A stretch of DNA of 64,000 nucleotides from a virus. Below, one piece after another: positions 8,753-18,069 of this stretch; position 1 is the first letter of the stretch; each line of letters opens with the position of its first letter. The stretch lies in the IMG/VR virus record IMGVR_UViG_3300031237_000002, positions 1,423-65,422 of that record; one strand, given 5' to 3'. The notes beneath the pieces are model-generated. The model worked only from the letters and a program-made list of their open reading frames with translations. It was not told the DNA's origin and did not search any database. The position numbers and the translations under genes are program-made.

Positions 8753-11418
8753 GACTTCTCTTCCACGTCATAAGCCAGCACTGCCGCCAGCAGAGTTACC
8801 GGGCGTGGTGACGTGGCTTGAATGCAGATACGTGCGTCACCGCTCCATTCGCCGGGGAATTCTATAAGCTCTTCGTCGTACGCGCTATAAAGCGTACCGT
8901 CTGGAATGTCTTCTGAGTTTTCCACCAGTGGCATATCATCGAGCACATCAAACGATGGACCAAACTTAAGGCTGCCCACCGCCGCATCTGCCAGTACGAA
9001 ACCAAGCTGCGCAACCCGTTTATGGTAGGTCAGTTGTACAGCCTCTTCGCCACTGACATAAGCCAGCTTGGTGCTTTTCCATTGCGCCACGTAAGGGATG
9101 CCAACCACTGCCGACGTTACAGGTTCTGGCAGCGTGTCAATCATGCCGCCTACCACTGTCTTGGTGCCCAAGTCTTTACCATTGCCCCACACTGTAACCA
9201 CTTTACCTTCCAAGTGGCTAAGCCCGGAAAGCGCCGTGGTGGCTACACCAGAGTAGGAAGCGTGGCTATCGCTGGTTTTGGTAAAGGTTGTACCGCGTGC
9301 TTCCGACTCCAGAGCCCACAATTCGTAATAACGTTTAGTGACGCCATTGATCGTGCGCTTAACCACGTAATAAACAGAGTCTTCGACGTCGCCCGGTAAA
9401 ACCATCACGTCTTCTACAATGCCGTCAGTGGTGACAGTCACCCAGCACAGCACGTTTTCGACCGGGTTGTGCACCAGTACAGCGGCCTTACCGTCAGCGC
9501 GCACGCAGTGAATGCGGGTGTCTGGCAGCCGCTGCACGGCTACGTGGACAAAGCCACTGTCGCCAACCTCTGGCACAATGATGGAATCCTCTGTACTGGC
9601 GTAGTCACCGACGTTGGCATCAAACGCCAGCTCAAACAGCCGCGTACCGCCGCGCTGCACGAACACGCCACGGGCGTCTATCTTGCAGGCTATCGCACTG
9701 TTCGAACCCTGTGACGAAGCCTCTTTGATGTTGAAGTTGGACGGCGTAAGTGCTTCGTCGAAAGAGGTTGCCCGTGCTGAGTGTTCCGCCCCTTCGGCAC
9801 CGACGATAAGCCGTTGCAGTGGCAGCAGCCAGTTAATGTCATCCACTGGACCTGATCCAACAGTACGGTTGATTGGGCCAGCATCACCAACGGTGTCAGG
9901 GTTGAAGTTGTAAAAATCATCCGATACAGATCCGTAAATACCATTCTTACCAGCCCACCATAAACGGCCTTCATAAAAAGCTACCGCAGTCGGGAAGCCC
10001 GACACGGTAGACCATGATCCTTCTGCCCAAAACTTGCTGGCATCGGTCGAACCAAAATCGGTTAGCACTTCCGCGCTAACCGAAACTGAACTGGTAAACG
10101 CTGTAATACGCGCCACGCCAGTTTTACTGCCAAGCGGATAATCAAGTGTGGCCACCACGGTGCCGGATGTATAGCCGCCAGTCTTGATACCCAGCCGGTA
10201 AAACACAAGCTGATTATCCAGAGAGTCGTTATAAGTGGTAGCGGTGTTAGCCGTAAAGCTGGTGACATCCACCCAGTTACCCACTACACCAACCGACCGT
10301 TGCAGAAACACGGTAGCAACCCATGTTCCTGTCAAGGTTATGGCGAAGCGCCGTTGCTCGCCTACGCCGCTGGCTTCGATAGCACTGGTGAAAGTATTCT
10401 GCGCGGCGATGGAAGCCGTGGCGCGCTGACCAACGGAACGGATTTTAAAAATGCAGCCAACGTGGTCTGACAGGAACACAGCACGCGAAGCTGTCAGCGT
10501 AACGTTGCCGGAAATAGCGCTGGCAGTTAACGTAGTTTCGGTTTTATTTTCAGTAAGGTACGGGCCAGCGTCTGCCTGATAATAAACCAGCGACCAAGAG
10601 CGAAGGCCACGACGTTCTATTTTACGTTGCAGGAAACCTTTGCAAGCCACAAACAAAATGTCACCACTCTGGTCAGCACGGATAAGGCGCAGACTGGCGG
10701 TGTTCCATGGTGCAGTGATAGTCATCGCCCCGGCTGCCTCGATGTTGATCGAATCAACCAGCACGATGCGTTTTAATTCACTACGAAAGCGGATGTTTAT
10801 GTTACCAGTCGGGGTAAACGCAAGTGAGTGCGTGCCAGTATCCAGCATGGTTTCGCTGACATACTCGTCGCCACCAACAGTCGAGCCTACGCGAAAGACA
10901 ACCGGGCCGCGCTGGATAACGACATGTAAGGCATGCTCTACGTTCTGGTCTGGCGCTGCCACGGTGACGACCTGATCGCGAATGGCAGCAGCGGTGCCGT
11001 CACCAGTCAAACCAAGATAGCCGCCTGTTACCCAAGCGCTGGTGGCGCCAACTTCGTCGTTATCGGTCCAGCTCGACACGTCAGTGTCAAAGTTGCCATT
11101 GGCTACAGCGGTGCTGACAGATGGGCGAACGATAGGTGTGTCATCCACCCACACGCGCATAACGAGGTTCGTTATTTCAACGGCTGCCAGATCATCAGTC
11201 GAGAAAACGAAAGGTAGGAACCGGGCTTGGGCATCGTTATGAGTTGAGCCCAAATAACCCAAGCCGGGGCGGAACATCATGGAGCCCAGTACGCGGGGCA
11301 TCCAGTTATCCATAATCTCGGCAGAGAAAGACAGGCGTTTCATGTCGATACGCGCAAGCGCAAGCTTCGACACCAGCCCCCGGTTAAAGCCGTAGAAAGC
11401 CGCCGATTTCCTAGCCAT
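8749..11418 (-). CDS. Tail tubular protein B / nozzle
   Basis: 889-aa beta-rich protein starting FNRGLVSKLA...NWMPRVLG, with FYEGRLWWAG motif; follows tail tube A. Confidence 0.85.
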   Translation of the reverse strand: MARKSAAFYGFNRGLVSKLALARIDMKRLSFSAEIMDNWMPRVLGSMMFRPGLGYLGSTHNDAQARFLPFVFSTDDLAAVEITNLVMRVWVDDTPIVRPSVSTAVANGNFDTDVSSWTDNDEVGATSAWVTGGYLGLTGDGTAAAIRDQVVTVAAPDQNVEHALHVVIQRGPVVFRVGSTVGGDEYVSETMLDTGTHSLAFTPTGNINIRFRSELKRIVLVDSINIEAAGAMTITAPWNTASLRLIRADQSGDILFVACKGFLQRKIERRGLRSWSLVYYQADAGPYLTENKTETTLTASAISGNVTLTASRAVFLSDHVGCIFKIRSVGQRATASIAAQNTFTSAIEASGVGEQRRFAITLTGTWVATVFLQRSVGVVGNWVDVTSFTANTATTYNDSLDNQLVFYRLGIKTGGYTSGTVVATLDYPLGSKTGVARITAFTSSVSVSAEVLTDFGSTDASKFWAEGSWSTVSGFPTAVAFYEGRLWWAGKNGIYGSVSDDFYNFNPDTVGDAGPINRTVGSGPVDDINWLLPLQRLIVGAEGAEHSARATSFDEALTPSNFNIKEASSQGSNSAIACKIDARGVFVQRGGTRLFELAFDANVGDYASTEDSIIVPEVGDSGFVHVAVQRLPDTRIHCVRADGKAAVLVHNPVENVLCWVTVTTDGIVEDVMVLPGDVEDSVYYVVKRTINGVTKRYYELWALESEARGTTFTKTSDSHASYSGVATTALSGLSHLEGKVVTVWGNGKDLGTKTVVGGMIDTLPEPVTSAVVGIPYVAQWKSTKLAYVSGEEAVQLTYHKRVAQLGFVLADAAVGSLKFGPSFDVLDDMPLVENSEDIPDGTLYSAYDEELIEFPGEWSGDARICIQATSPRPVTLLAAVLAYDVEEKS

Positions 11419-11423
11419 GATAT

Positions 11424-12065
11424 TTACCCTATCAGTTGACCGCGAGGACCGCGATCACGACGCCCCATGCCACTCCTACGGGAGATATTCCAATTGCCTT
11501 CTGGCGGGAATGCAGTTGGATCGCCCATGGCATCCTTGCTGCGCGCATCTTTAAGGCGTTGCTGCATAACAGCTATCGTCAGTTTAAGTTTTTCAGAGCT
11601 TTGGGTAAGCGTCCATACGGCTTCCGACGCCAAGTAAGCAGCCACGTATTTAGTGAAGGTTTGCGGCCAGCGCTGCATGTCATAGCCATAGTTGTTGGAG
11701 TTGGAAATATACCGCACATAGATAGGGTCAATATTGGCGAACCAAAACCCTACCTCTTCCAGCATATTAAGCAGAGGAACTTTAAGATCCTCGTCTTGGC
11801 ATACGCTGCATGTACGAATAAAATCATTTGGTTTGTCGAAGGCGTTTTCAAAACCGAAAGCCGGAACAGTGGCCGACTTGGTAATTTGCACGGCGCGCAT
11901 GGCAAAGTTCCATTGCCCTTGTTCCAGACAATAATCCCTTGCGCCATCGTTCCAGATGTCATCCAGCACGCGCCGTGGTTCGCGGTTTTCTACAAGGCTG
12001 CTCAACCGGCGCTCACCAATCAGGCGCAGTGCTTCATTGTAAAGTCCTAATTGAGTAGCGGCCAT
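11424..12065 (-). CDS. Tail tubular protein A / adaptor
   Basis: 213 aa, YNEALRLIGE...WNFAMR...FDKPNDFIR pattern typical of podovirus gp11-like adaptors. Confidence 0.85.
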   Translation of the reverse strand: MAATQLGLYNEALRLIGERRLSSLVENREPRRVLDDIWNDGARDYCLEQGQWNFAMRAVQITKSATVPAFGFENAFDKPNDFIRTCSVCQDEDLKVPLLNMLEEVGFWFANIDPIYVRYISNSNNYGYDMQRWPQTFTKYVAAYLASEAVWTLTQSSEKLKLTIAVMQQRLKDARSKDAMGDPTAFPPEGNWNISRRSGMGRRDRGPRGQLIG

Positions 12066-12077
12066 GATGGTAACTCC

Positions 12078-12500
12078 TTAAAGCGTAATAAGGTGTGAAG
12101 CCAACCAAACATTAGCATCCTGTTTGTTAGCGCAACCTTCCCTGATAATTTCCTTATCAGCCTTACGAATAACAACCCACTTTTTATGCGGGCCTTTGAA
12201 TTCAATAAGGTACTGACTATCGACGTCTTCCGGCTCTGCTTCGTCACTGACCAATTTAACGTGGAGAAGCTTGATTGTTTTGGCCCATACGCGGCCACAA
12301 CTGACAACCAGCAATTCGGCGTACCATTCATCAGTATCGACGCGGACGCGGATATGATCGTATGGTTGAAGTTTACTGGCGATGTTCGCAAAAAAAGCCG
12401 TGTTCATAACGTCATCAAGAGACGTCCCGGCTTCTACTGTAACTGTCCAGTTAGTGTTTACATGTTCGTCGTGAGCAAATCGTGAGGGATCGAGGGACAT
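12078..12500 (-). CDS. Hypothetical phage protein
   Basis: 140-aa ORF with GGAG RBS, in operon. Confidence 0.7.
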   Translation of the reverse strand: MSLDPSRFAHDEHVNTNWTVTVEAGTSLDDVMNTAFFANIASKLQPYDHIRVRVDTDEWYAELLVVSCGRVWAKTIKLLHVKLVSDEAEPEDVDSQYLIEFKGPHKKWVVIRKADKEIIREGCANKQDANVWLASHLITL

Positions 12501-12511
12501 TGTTTTTCTCC

Positions 12512-12538
12512 AAAAGCAGAGGGGCCGTTAGGCCCCCC
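12512..12538 (-). terminator. Intrinsic terminator after capsid/decoration genes
   Basis: GGGGCC-TAAC-GGCCCC stem followed by TCTGCTTTT on the minus strand. Confidence 0.7.
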
Positions 12539-12546
12539 TTAACTTA

Positions 12547-12909
12547 TTAGCTGAACGTTGAAGTCATCAGAGAACCAGTCGTGAAGCTGGCCGCGCCCGC
12601 CGTAGAGACGGAAACGATAGCCCCATAAAAGGAGGTGACAGTGGAACCAGCCGAACTGAACTGTACGCCCATGACCAGATCGCCGGGGCGCATGCCCAAA
12701 GCTTTCCCGTCAGAGAAGAAACCGGATGCAGTCAAGTCAGTGGTAAGGTTGGTAGAGCTGTAATACCACAAAGCCCCGCCTTGCCCACCGGGTGCAGCCG
12801 GGGTAGTAGTCAGCCCGGTAGTACCTACCACCATGCTCATGCTGGCAGCCAGTACCATCCGTGGTGGGTTGGCAACAGACGTAGCCGCTGTAGATCCTGA
12901 GTAAGCCAT
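12547..12909 (-). CDS. Ser/Thr/Gly-rich capsid decoration-like protein
   Basis: 120 aa directly downstream of the major capsid gene; very S/T-rich. Confidence 0.6.
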   Translation of the reverse strand: MAYSGSTAATSVANPPRMVLAASMSMVVGTTGLTTTPAAPGGQGGALWYYSSTNLTTDLTASGFFSDGKALGMRPGDLVMGVQFSSAGSTVTSFYGAIVSVSTAGAASFTTGSLMTSTFS

Positions 12910-12921
12910 GATTGCTTCCCC

Positions 12922-13773
12922 TTATTGAGCGACGAACGCACTGCCGTCGTGGTTAATGACAACTACGCCGCTGTTTTGCAGCAACTTAGCACCCATGAAA
13001 ATAGACGCCCGTGCCCATGAATAATCCTGTTCTTCGTCATAGCCAACAGGAGTTTCCATGGAGCCAGTATTAGCCGCGTGACCGATAGCGCTCTTATGGT
13101 ACAAGAAGCATTTTTCGGCAGAGGTAGCTTTGCCCGGCAAGTTAGGGTGTTCGATAATCAAGCAGTTGCGCCACCGGTAAGCCATTGGCTTATCGCGCCA
13201 CGATGGATCTTGACCGGCGTATGGACGCAGATCAACATATTGGGCGTTGGCGAACTCAGGCGCTTGTTCCAGATACGCGATAAGAGCCGCAGTGGTCAAC
13301 AGAGTGACATTGGAATCCCAAGGCACACTGTTGTTACTGAGGATTACGCGGGCGGTTTGAAACAGTGAAACACCGCCTGTTTGTGTAGCGCCGGTATCGT
13401 TGGATGCGGTGTTCAACTCGGTGATAATCGAGTCGTCGATCTTGCGATTGATTACACCCATCGTGGTGTCTTGCATGATTTGGCGTTGGTTGCCTTGAGA
13501 CGCGAAAACGTTAAAGCCTGTTTTGCGAACCAAGTCATGCCATTCTTGCAGGACGGCTGAGTTTTGAGTGAGGTTGTCCGAACGCGCCGGAATCATACCG
13601 TTGGTGCCGCGAGTCATCGCGGTAGCACCGCCAGAATCCGCCACCAAGAAAACTGCCGTGTTGCCTTTGATAACGGCTTCGGTAGTTGTGGTATCGCGCA
13701 GGAGTGATTGTTTCTGCTCAAACCCGGCAATGAACTCCTGCCGGTATTGAGTCTGGAACGCTGTATCTGCCAT
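12922..13773 (-). CDS. Major capsid protein
   Basis: 283 aa, MADTAFQTQYRQEFIAGFEQKQSLLR...; lies after scaffold in podovirus order. Confidence 0.85.
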   Translation of the reverse strand: MADTAFQTQYRQEFIAGFEQKQSLLRDTTTTEAVIKGNTAVFLVADSGGATAMTRGTNGMIPARSDNLTQNSAVLQEWHDLVRKTGFNVFASQGNQRQIMQDTTMGVINRKIDDSIITELNTASNDTGATQTGGVSLFQTARVILSNNSVPWDSNVTLLTTAALIAYLEQAPEFANAQYVDLRPYAGQDPSWRDKPMAYRWRNCLIIEHPNLPGKATSAEKCFLYHKSAIGHAANTGSMETPVGYDEEQDYSWARASIFMGAKLLQNSGVVVINHDGSAFVAQ

Positions 13774-13802
13774 GTTGGCATACCCCTTATAAAACGATTA
13801 AT

Positions 13803-13947
13803 TTCAACCGCTTCGCTGGGTTGTCTGCTCGTATGGTACTTTCGGGTTATCCTTTCGGGGCCGTTCCCAAACTATCAGGGCCTGCTACTTGGTATTACTT
13901 TTGACGGGGCTCATTGCGAGGTTGTCCGTCGTGTGCTGCTGATTATA
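13803..13947 (-). promoter_or_regulatory. Capsid-gene -10 box (TATAAT, 13942-13947) and structured 5' leader
   Basis: TATAAT on the minus strand, then three stems each with a CC / AYAAC internal loop. The -35 is poor. Confidence 0.5.
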
Positions 13948-13962
13948 CACCAACTTCAATAA

Positions 13963-13985
13963 GAGGGAAGAGCGGCACTTCCCTC
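13963..13985 (-). terminator. Hairpin after scaffold gene
   Basis: Perfect 8-bp stem GAGGGAAG/CTTCCCTC followed by TTATT on the minus strand. Confidence 0.45.
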
Positions 13986-13991
13986 GGTCCT

Positions 13992-14948
13992 TTACTGCTT
14001 CGCACGTTCCCTTGCAGTGTACAGCTCACGCAAACGAGCCTGCATTTTCTGGTCGTTGTTGTAAGCTTTACGGTCAGTCTTCATTACTTTTTCAATCGCG
14101 GTGATTTCATCGTCGATTGCCCCGGCCATATTAGCGCCAGCCCCCGGAACTACAGTGGAAACCGGGTTAACAGTCCGCGCTGTATGCACCAGCCAACGCG
14201 CCATATCCGGGTGATTCATCAACGCCGTGCCGTCAGCCAGCCGGGCATTAAGGAAGTTATCCCGAACATCAGCGGGCATGGTGTCTACCAGCCCTTTAAT
14301 CATGTTCACGTTCGCCCGGTACTCGCCACCCCATTCAGCATGCAAAATATCCTCGGACTGAGCCAGATAAGCCGCGTCTTTCTCGGCCTGCTCTATGGCG
14401 CCTTTTTCCTGAGTGCCATAGTACCAAGCCAGCAACTTGTTCACTTGGTCTGGTGTGGCGTTGGTGTCATGCGCGGCTTTAAGAAAGTCGTCAACAAACG
14501 GTTTATCGGCTTCACCGATCACCAAGCCATCCGCCAACTTAAGCGAATAACCTTCGGCGTTTTCAGGAATACCGTGCGCCTTGCGCCACGCTACCTGTTC
14601 TTCTGGCTTGCCCTTATCTGGATAAGGCGCTGTCGATTTAAGTTCGCCGCTGTCTACTTTCTGCCGCAGAGCCTGATAGCTTTCAAAGATAGCAGCAGGG
14701 GAAGCGAAACGATCCAGTGTCTTGGCATGCTTACCATCCGGCGACAACTTGGTACGCCAGTCATCCGGCCAGTCACCGGCTGGGGGTGTATCCGTTGTGG
14801 TGTCAGTTGTGGTGTCGGTTGTCGTATCCGTGGTTGTGGTGTCAGTAGTGGTATCCGTGGTTGTATCAGTCGTGGTGTCTGTAGTATCACCACCGCCATT
14901 ACCACCTTCACCTTCTTCGTCCAGATAAAAACGTTTTAAAGTCCACAT
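13992..14948 (-). CDS. Capsid scaffolding/assembly protein
   Basis: 318 aa, acidic with low-complexity N-terminus, WPDDWR motif, between portal and capsid. Confidence 0.8.
   Translation of the reverse strand: MWTLKRFYLDEEGEGGNGGGDTTDTTTDTTTDTTTDTTTTDTTTDTTTDTTTDTPPAGDWPDDWRTKLSPDGKHAKTLDRFASPAAIFESYQALRQKVDSGELKSTAPYPDKGKPEEQVAWRKAHGIPENAEGYSLKLADGLVIGEADKPFVDDFLKAAHDTNATPDQVNKLLAWYYGTQEKGAIEQAEKDAAYLAQSEDILHAEWGGEYRANVNMIKGLVDTMPADVRDNFLNARLADGTALMNHPDMARWLVHTARTVNPVSTVVPGAGANMAGAIDDEITAIEKVMKTDRKAYNNDQKMQARLRELYTARERAKQ
14788..14890. repeat. Degenerate 12-bp tandem repeat encoding (DTTT)n in scaffold
   Basis: Protein reads DTTDTTTDTTTDTTTDTTTTDTTTDTTTDTTTDT. Confidence 0.9.
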
Positions 14949-14959
14949 TTATTGTTACC

Positions 14960-15253
14960 TCAAGGTTGCTCTGTAGGGCCATCACGTAAAGCTGACAAAT
15001 TAATCTTAAGCATCTTTACAATCTGTAAACCTACAAAACGTCGGCCTTCCGCAAAGGAAGTATCCCGATCACTGGTTGGATGATAAGACAGGTTATACGT
15101 ACCGCATGCATTTTCGATGATCCATCTTAAAGCTCGTTGCTGTTGTTCGGGCGTGGCTGTTCCATCAGCCAGCATTTTAATTGCTTTGGCGTCAGCCTTC
15201 TCGTAAGGAGGCGGAAACCATGGGGCGTTTTTATTATCCATTAGCTTTACCAT
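14960..15253 (-). CDS. Conserved podovirus protein between portal and scaffold (Bbp19-like)
   Basis: 97 aa, ending DRDTSFAEGRRFVGLQI; alternative start at 15241. Confidence 0.7.
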   Translation of the reverse strand: MVKLMDNKNAPWFPPPYEKADAKAIKMLADGTATPEQQQRALRWIIENACGTYNLSYHPTSDRDTSFAEGRRFVGLQIVKMLKINLSALRDGPTEQP

Positions 15254-15385
15254 TGGTTAATCTAGGCTGACGCCCCGGCCTTTTAAGGTCTTTCACTTTA
15301 GCCTCTTCGCCTTCCTTGGCTAATTCTCCCTTGATTTCCTTTGGGGTTTCAGGCTTACGCATGGTATCCAGCGATTCATTTTTCA

Positions 15386-17029
15386 TCACTGCGCCTGTTT
15401 AAATTGACCCTCGGCTTCGCCAAGAGTTTTAGCCACTTCGGCGCCCTGCTGCAAACCAGCCAGAAGAGTCGCCGCCTCTTGTTGCTGCTGTTGCGCTTTA
15501 ACCATAGCGTTTACTTCGTCCTCACTGTGTACCCACGCCGCAGGAATACCAATAGCATCGAGGACATCACGCAATGCAGTCTTAGAATCGATAATGAGCG
15601 CGGTAGATGGGTCCAACTGGATCGATGGAACAACATAACTTTGCGCTTCAAGGAAGCGGTTCCCTTTCTCACGCTCGATGGCTTCATGCAATGGGCTCTC
15701 AAAACGAAACTGTATATTGGCCCCCTGTAAGGCTTTGGGTATATCGAAGGGTGAACCAAACGCGCCAGCTCGCAATAAAAGCGAGAAAGTTTCTTCACAG
15801 AGTGCACCGTTATACTCCATTTCCATTGGCTCAAATAAAGGCAGAGCATCACGGATATATTGCTGGATGCGCTGGCCCACTTCGTAAGCTGTCATCTCTG
15901 GCGCACGTTGTGGCAGCGTCAGCTTGTTAAGATAAAACGCTTCTGCCAGTTGGAACCTTAAATCTTGGGCCATCTCAAGGCCCATCGGCATACCTGATTT
16001 ATCCTGAGACAACGGCCTTAAAACTTCGCCCATCTTTTCATCATAAGCAGAGTCAACCCAAGTAATGCCACCAGCATAAAGAGCCACGTCAGACCTGATC
16101 GCTTCTTGCACTGCGATCATAGGTGGGTTGGTGTGTTTTTCACCGGCTTCCAGCAGGGTATAGGTCATAGCCTGCAACAACCGGGCGTCCGGCAGTGCTG
16201 CCACGGTAGCTGGCGAGTAAGCGTATTGCGAACCGCTGACTGTCTGCCACCGTGGGATAACGTAGATGATCGAATAGACACCAACCTTCTCGATGGTGTG
16301 CATATGGTCAACATCAAAGTAAATGGAAACATACGGCGTTTTCCATGGGCCACCATCTACCAGATCAGATTCAACCACAATATGCCGACAATCTATTTCT
16401 TCGAATGGAGTTTTTTCAGCGGTACGATTAACTTCCGCATGCACTTTACTTGCACCAAAGATACGTACAAGATCCCGCGCTGTAGGTTTCCATACCCGTG
16501 CAACCGTGCCTATTTTACCCTCTTCGTTTTCAGCCCATGCCATATCGCGCAAGTGCCAGCAGCGGTACAGTAACCCGGTACGTGCCTTGTTCATTTCCAC
16601 GGAAATAGCGCACTGACCAAACGCGGCAAAATCATGGTCGCCTTCCTTGGTGGCGCGGGTAAACATGGCTGCCCGGTCGTACATGGCTTTGCGCTGGATC
16701 TTGCCAGCCCATTGCAGCCATGCTTTAGCTTCCGGGTCTTGAATGCCGGTAGTCAAGTCGTCAGCCATTTCATCCTTAACAGTCGGATGAAACCAAGACT
16801 TTTCAGCCGGGCGCAGCATAAAGTTAAAGGAATTGCCCAGCTCACGCCGGGCAATCAGTGGGTAGCTAGTGGACAGGTTATCCGCAAACTCAGTACCCAA
16901 GCTACGACGAATCGTAAAGTCCGCTCGTTCTGGATAAAAGTTTTCCGCCATTTCCTGCCACAAACTTACCAATGACGAACGCTTAGTCATAAGCTGTTGC
17001 GTCATTTCAAATAATTGTTTGTCGTCCAT
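15386..17029 (-). CDS. Portal (head-tail connector) protein
   Basis: 547 aa, LWQEMAENFYPER, YAYSPA, MTAYEV motifs of T7-like head-tail connectors. Confidence 0.9.
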   Translation of the reverse strand: MDDKQLFEMTQQLMTKRSSLVSLWQEMAENFYPERADFTIRRSLGTEFADNLSTSYPLIARRELGNSFNFMLRPAEKSWFHPTVKDEMADDLTTGIQDPEAKAWLQWAGKIQRKAMYDRAAMFTRATKEGDHDFAAFGQCAISVEMNKARTGLLYRCWHLRDMAWAENEEGKIGTVARVWKPTARDLVRIFGASKVHAEVNRTAEKTPFEEIDCRHIVVESDLVDGGPWKTPYVSIYFDVDHMHTIEKVGVYSIIYVIPRWQTVSGSQYAYSPATVAALPDARLLQAMTYTLLEAGEKHTNPPMIAVQEAIRSDVALYAGGITWVDSAYDEKMGEVLRPLSQDKSGMPMGLEMAQDLRFQLAEAFYLNKLTLPQRAPEMTAYEVGQRIQQYIRDALPLFEPMEMEYNGALCEETFSLLLRAGAFGSPFDIPKALQGANIQFRFESPLHEAIEREKGNRFLEAQSYVVPSIQLDPSTALIIDSKTALRDVLDAIGIPAAWVHSEDEVNAMVKAQQQQQEAATLLAGLQQGAEVAKTLGEAEGQFKQAQ

Positions 17030-17030
17030 A

Positions 17031-17468
17031 TCAACCCCCTAACTTTTCAAAGCCTTCATCCATACCCTGATCCAGTCTGCTTTTAGGGGATGTCAAAATG
17101 GTAGACAACCTACCACGCCGTTTTCTTTCCAGTTCACCGCGTGCCAGTTCTTCCGTGGTTGGCGCCGAAGCATCACCAGCGGTAATCTCTGGTGTTGCGA
17201 TAGGTGTGTTAGGCATAGCAGGCATCTTGGTGGCTGGCGGCAGTTCTGGTGTTTCCGCAGCGGCTTGCTGTTGCTGGTTCTGCGCAGCCTTCGGCATCTT
17301 AGGGCTGAATGCGTTCATCAATGGTTTAGTCAGCAAAGCACCAATCGCCATACCGCTCAAGCCACCGATAGTTGCCAGCCCGGCAATCGTACCGCCGCCG
17401 CCAATTAAACCGCCGATAGCTGCCCCGGCTAACGGGGCTTCCATCACATGCATTTTAGGACCGAACAT
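17031..17468 (-). CDS. Small virion-associated protein
   Basis: 145 aa, Gly-rich hydrophobic N-terminus, C-terminal RRRGRLSTILTSP motif typical of pre-portal podovirus genes. Confidence 0.65.
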   Translation of the reverse strand: MFGPKMHVMEAPLAGAAIGGLIGGGGTIAGLATIGGLSGMAIGALLTKPLMNAFSPKMPKAAQNQQQQAAAETPELPPATKMPAMPNTPIATPEITAGDASAPTTEELARGELERKRRGRLSTILTSPKSRLDQGMDEGFEKLGG

Positions 17469-17479
17469 GGTAAACCCCC

Positions 17480-18064
17480 CTATGCGCCAAATTTCTCTAC
17501 AGTTCCACCAAGGCCCGCCAGCAAGGTGGCAAATCTGCCGCGCCGTGCTTTCGGAGTTTCTTTCTTACCGCCAGTAGTTTCTGTTTGCCCGGCGACATTG
17601 CCGGTTGGCGTTGCAGTAACTGGCGTCACTGGTACGCCGGGGGTTGGCCCTACAGTTTGCGGCGCAGCGGGCGCCTGCATCTGGTTAGAACCGGCTGATT
17701 GTTGTTCGCTATCCCCACCAAATGGAGTAGCCGACAGCAGCGAAGAAAAGTCAGATGGGCCAGAGCCTTTATGCGTATCCTTATTACCAACCTTATACGC
17801 GTTATAAACTTCTGACCGTTCTACCATATTAAGTTGAGACTGCTGCCCAAGCAATTGTGCAAGTGCCTTGTTATAGTTGTCGGCATTTGCTATTTGCTGA
17901 TTGATAGCTTGTGGATTTTCGTCTTTTGGGTTTTTGCCTTGATTAAAACCCTGCCCAACTGCTACGGGTTTATCAGGCAAGCCTAAGCCACCGGGTAAAG
18001 GAGGCAAGCCCATGCCGGGTATGTGGCTAATAATACCGGCCATTGATCTACTTAAACCGCCCAT
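17480..18064 (-). CDS. Small virion-associated protein, paralogous C-terminus to 17031-17468
   Basis: 194 aa, low complexity, ends RRGRFATLLAG...EKFGA. Confidence 0.6.
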   Translation of the reverse strand: MGGLSRSMAGIISHIPGMGLPPLPGGLGLPDKPVAVGQGFNQGKNPKDENPQAINQQIANADNYNKALAQLLGQQSQLNMVERSEVYNAYKVGNKDTHKGSGPSDFSSLLSATPFGGDSEQQSAGSNQMQAPAAPQTVGPTPGVPVTPVTATPTGNVAGQTETTGGKKETPKARRGRFATLLAGLGGTVEKFGA

Positions 18065-18069
18065 GATAA

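Noticed and set aside
13914-14939. 341-aa plus-strand ORF, and similar long shadow ORFs (39239-39790 minus, 48912-49568 minus, many in 49267-51076)
   Set aside because: Antisense or off-frame shadows of low-complexity or Gly/Ala-rich genes, with no RBS or motifs.
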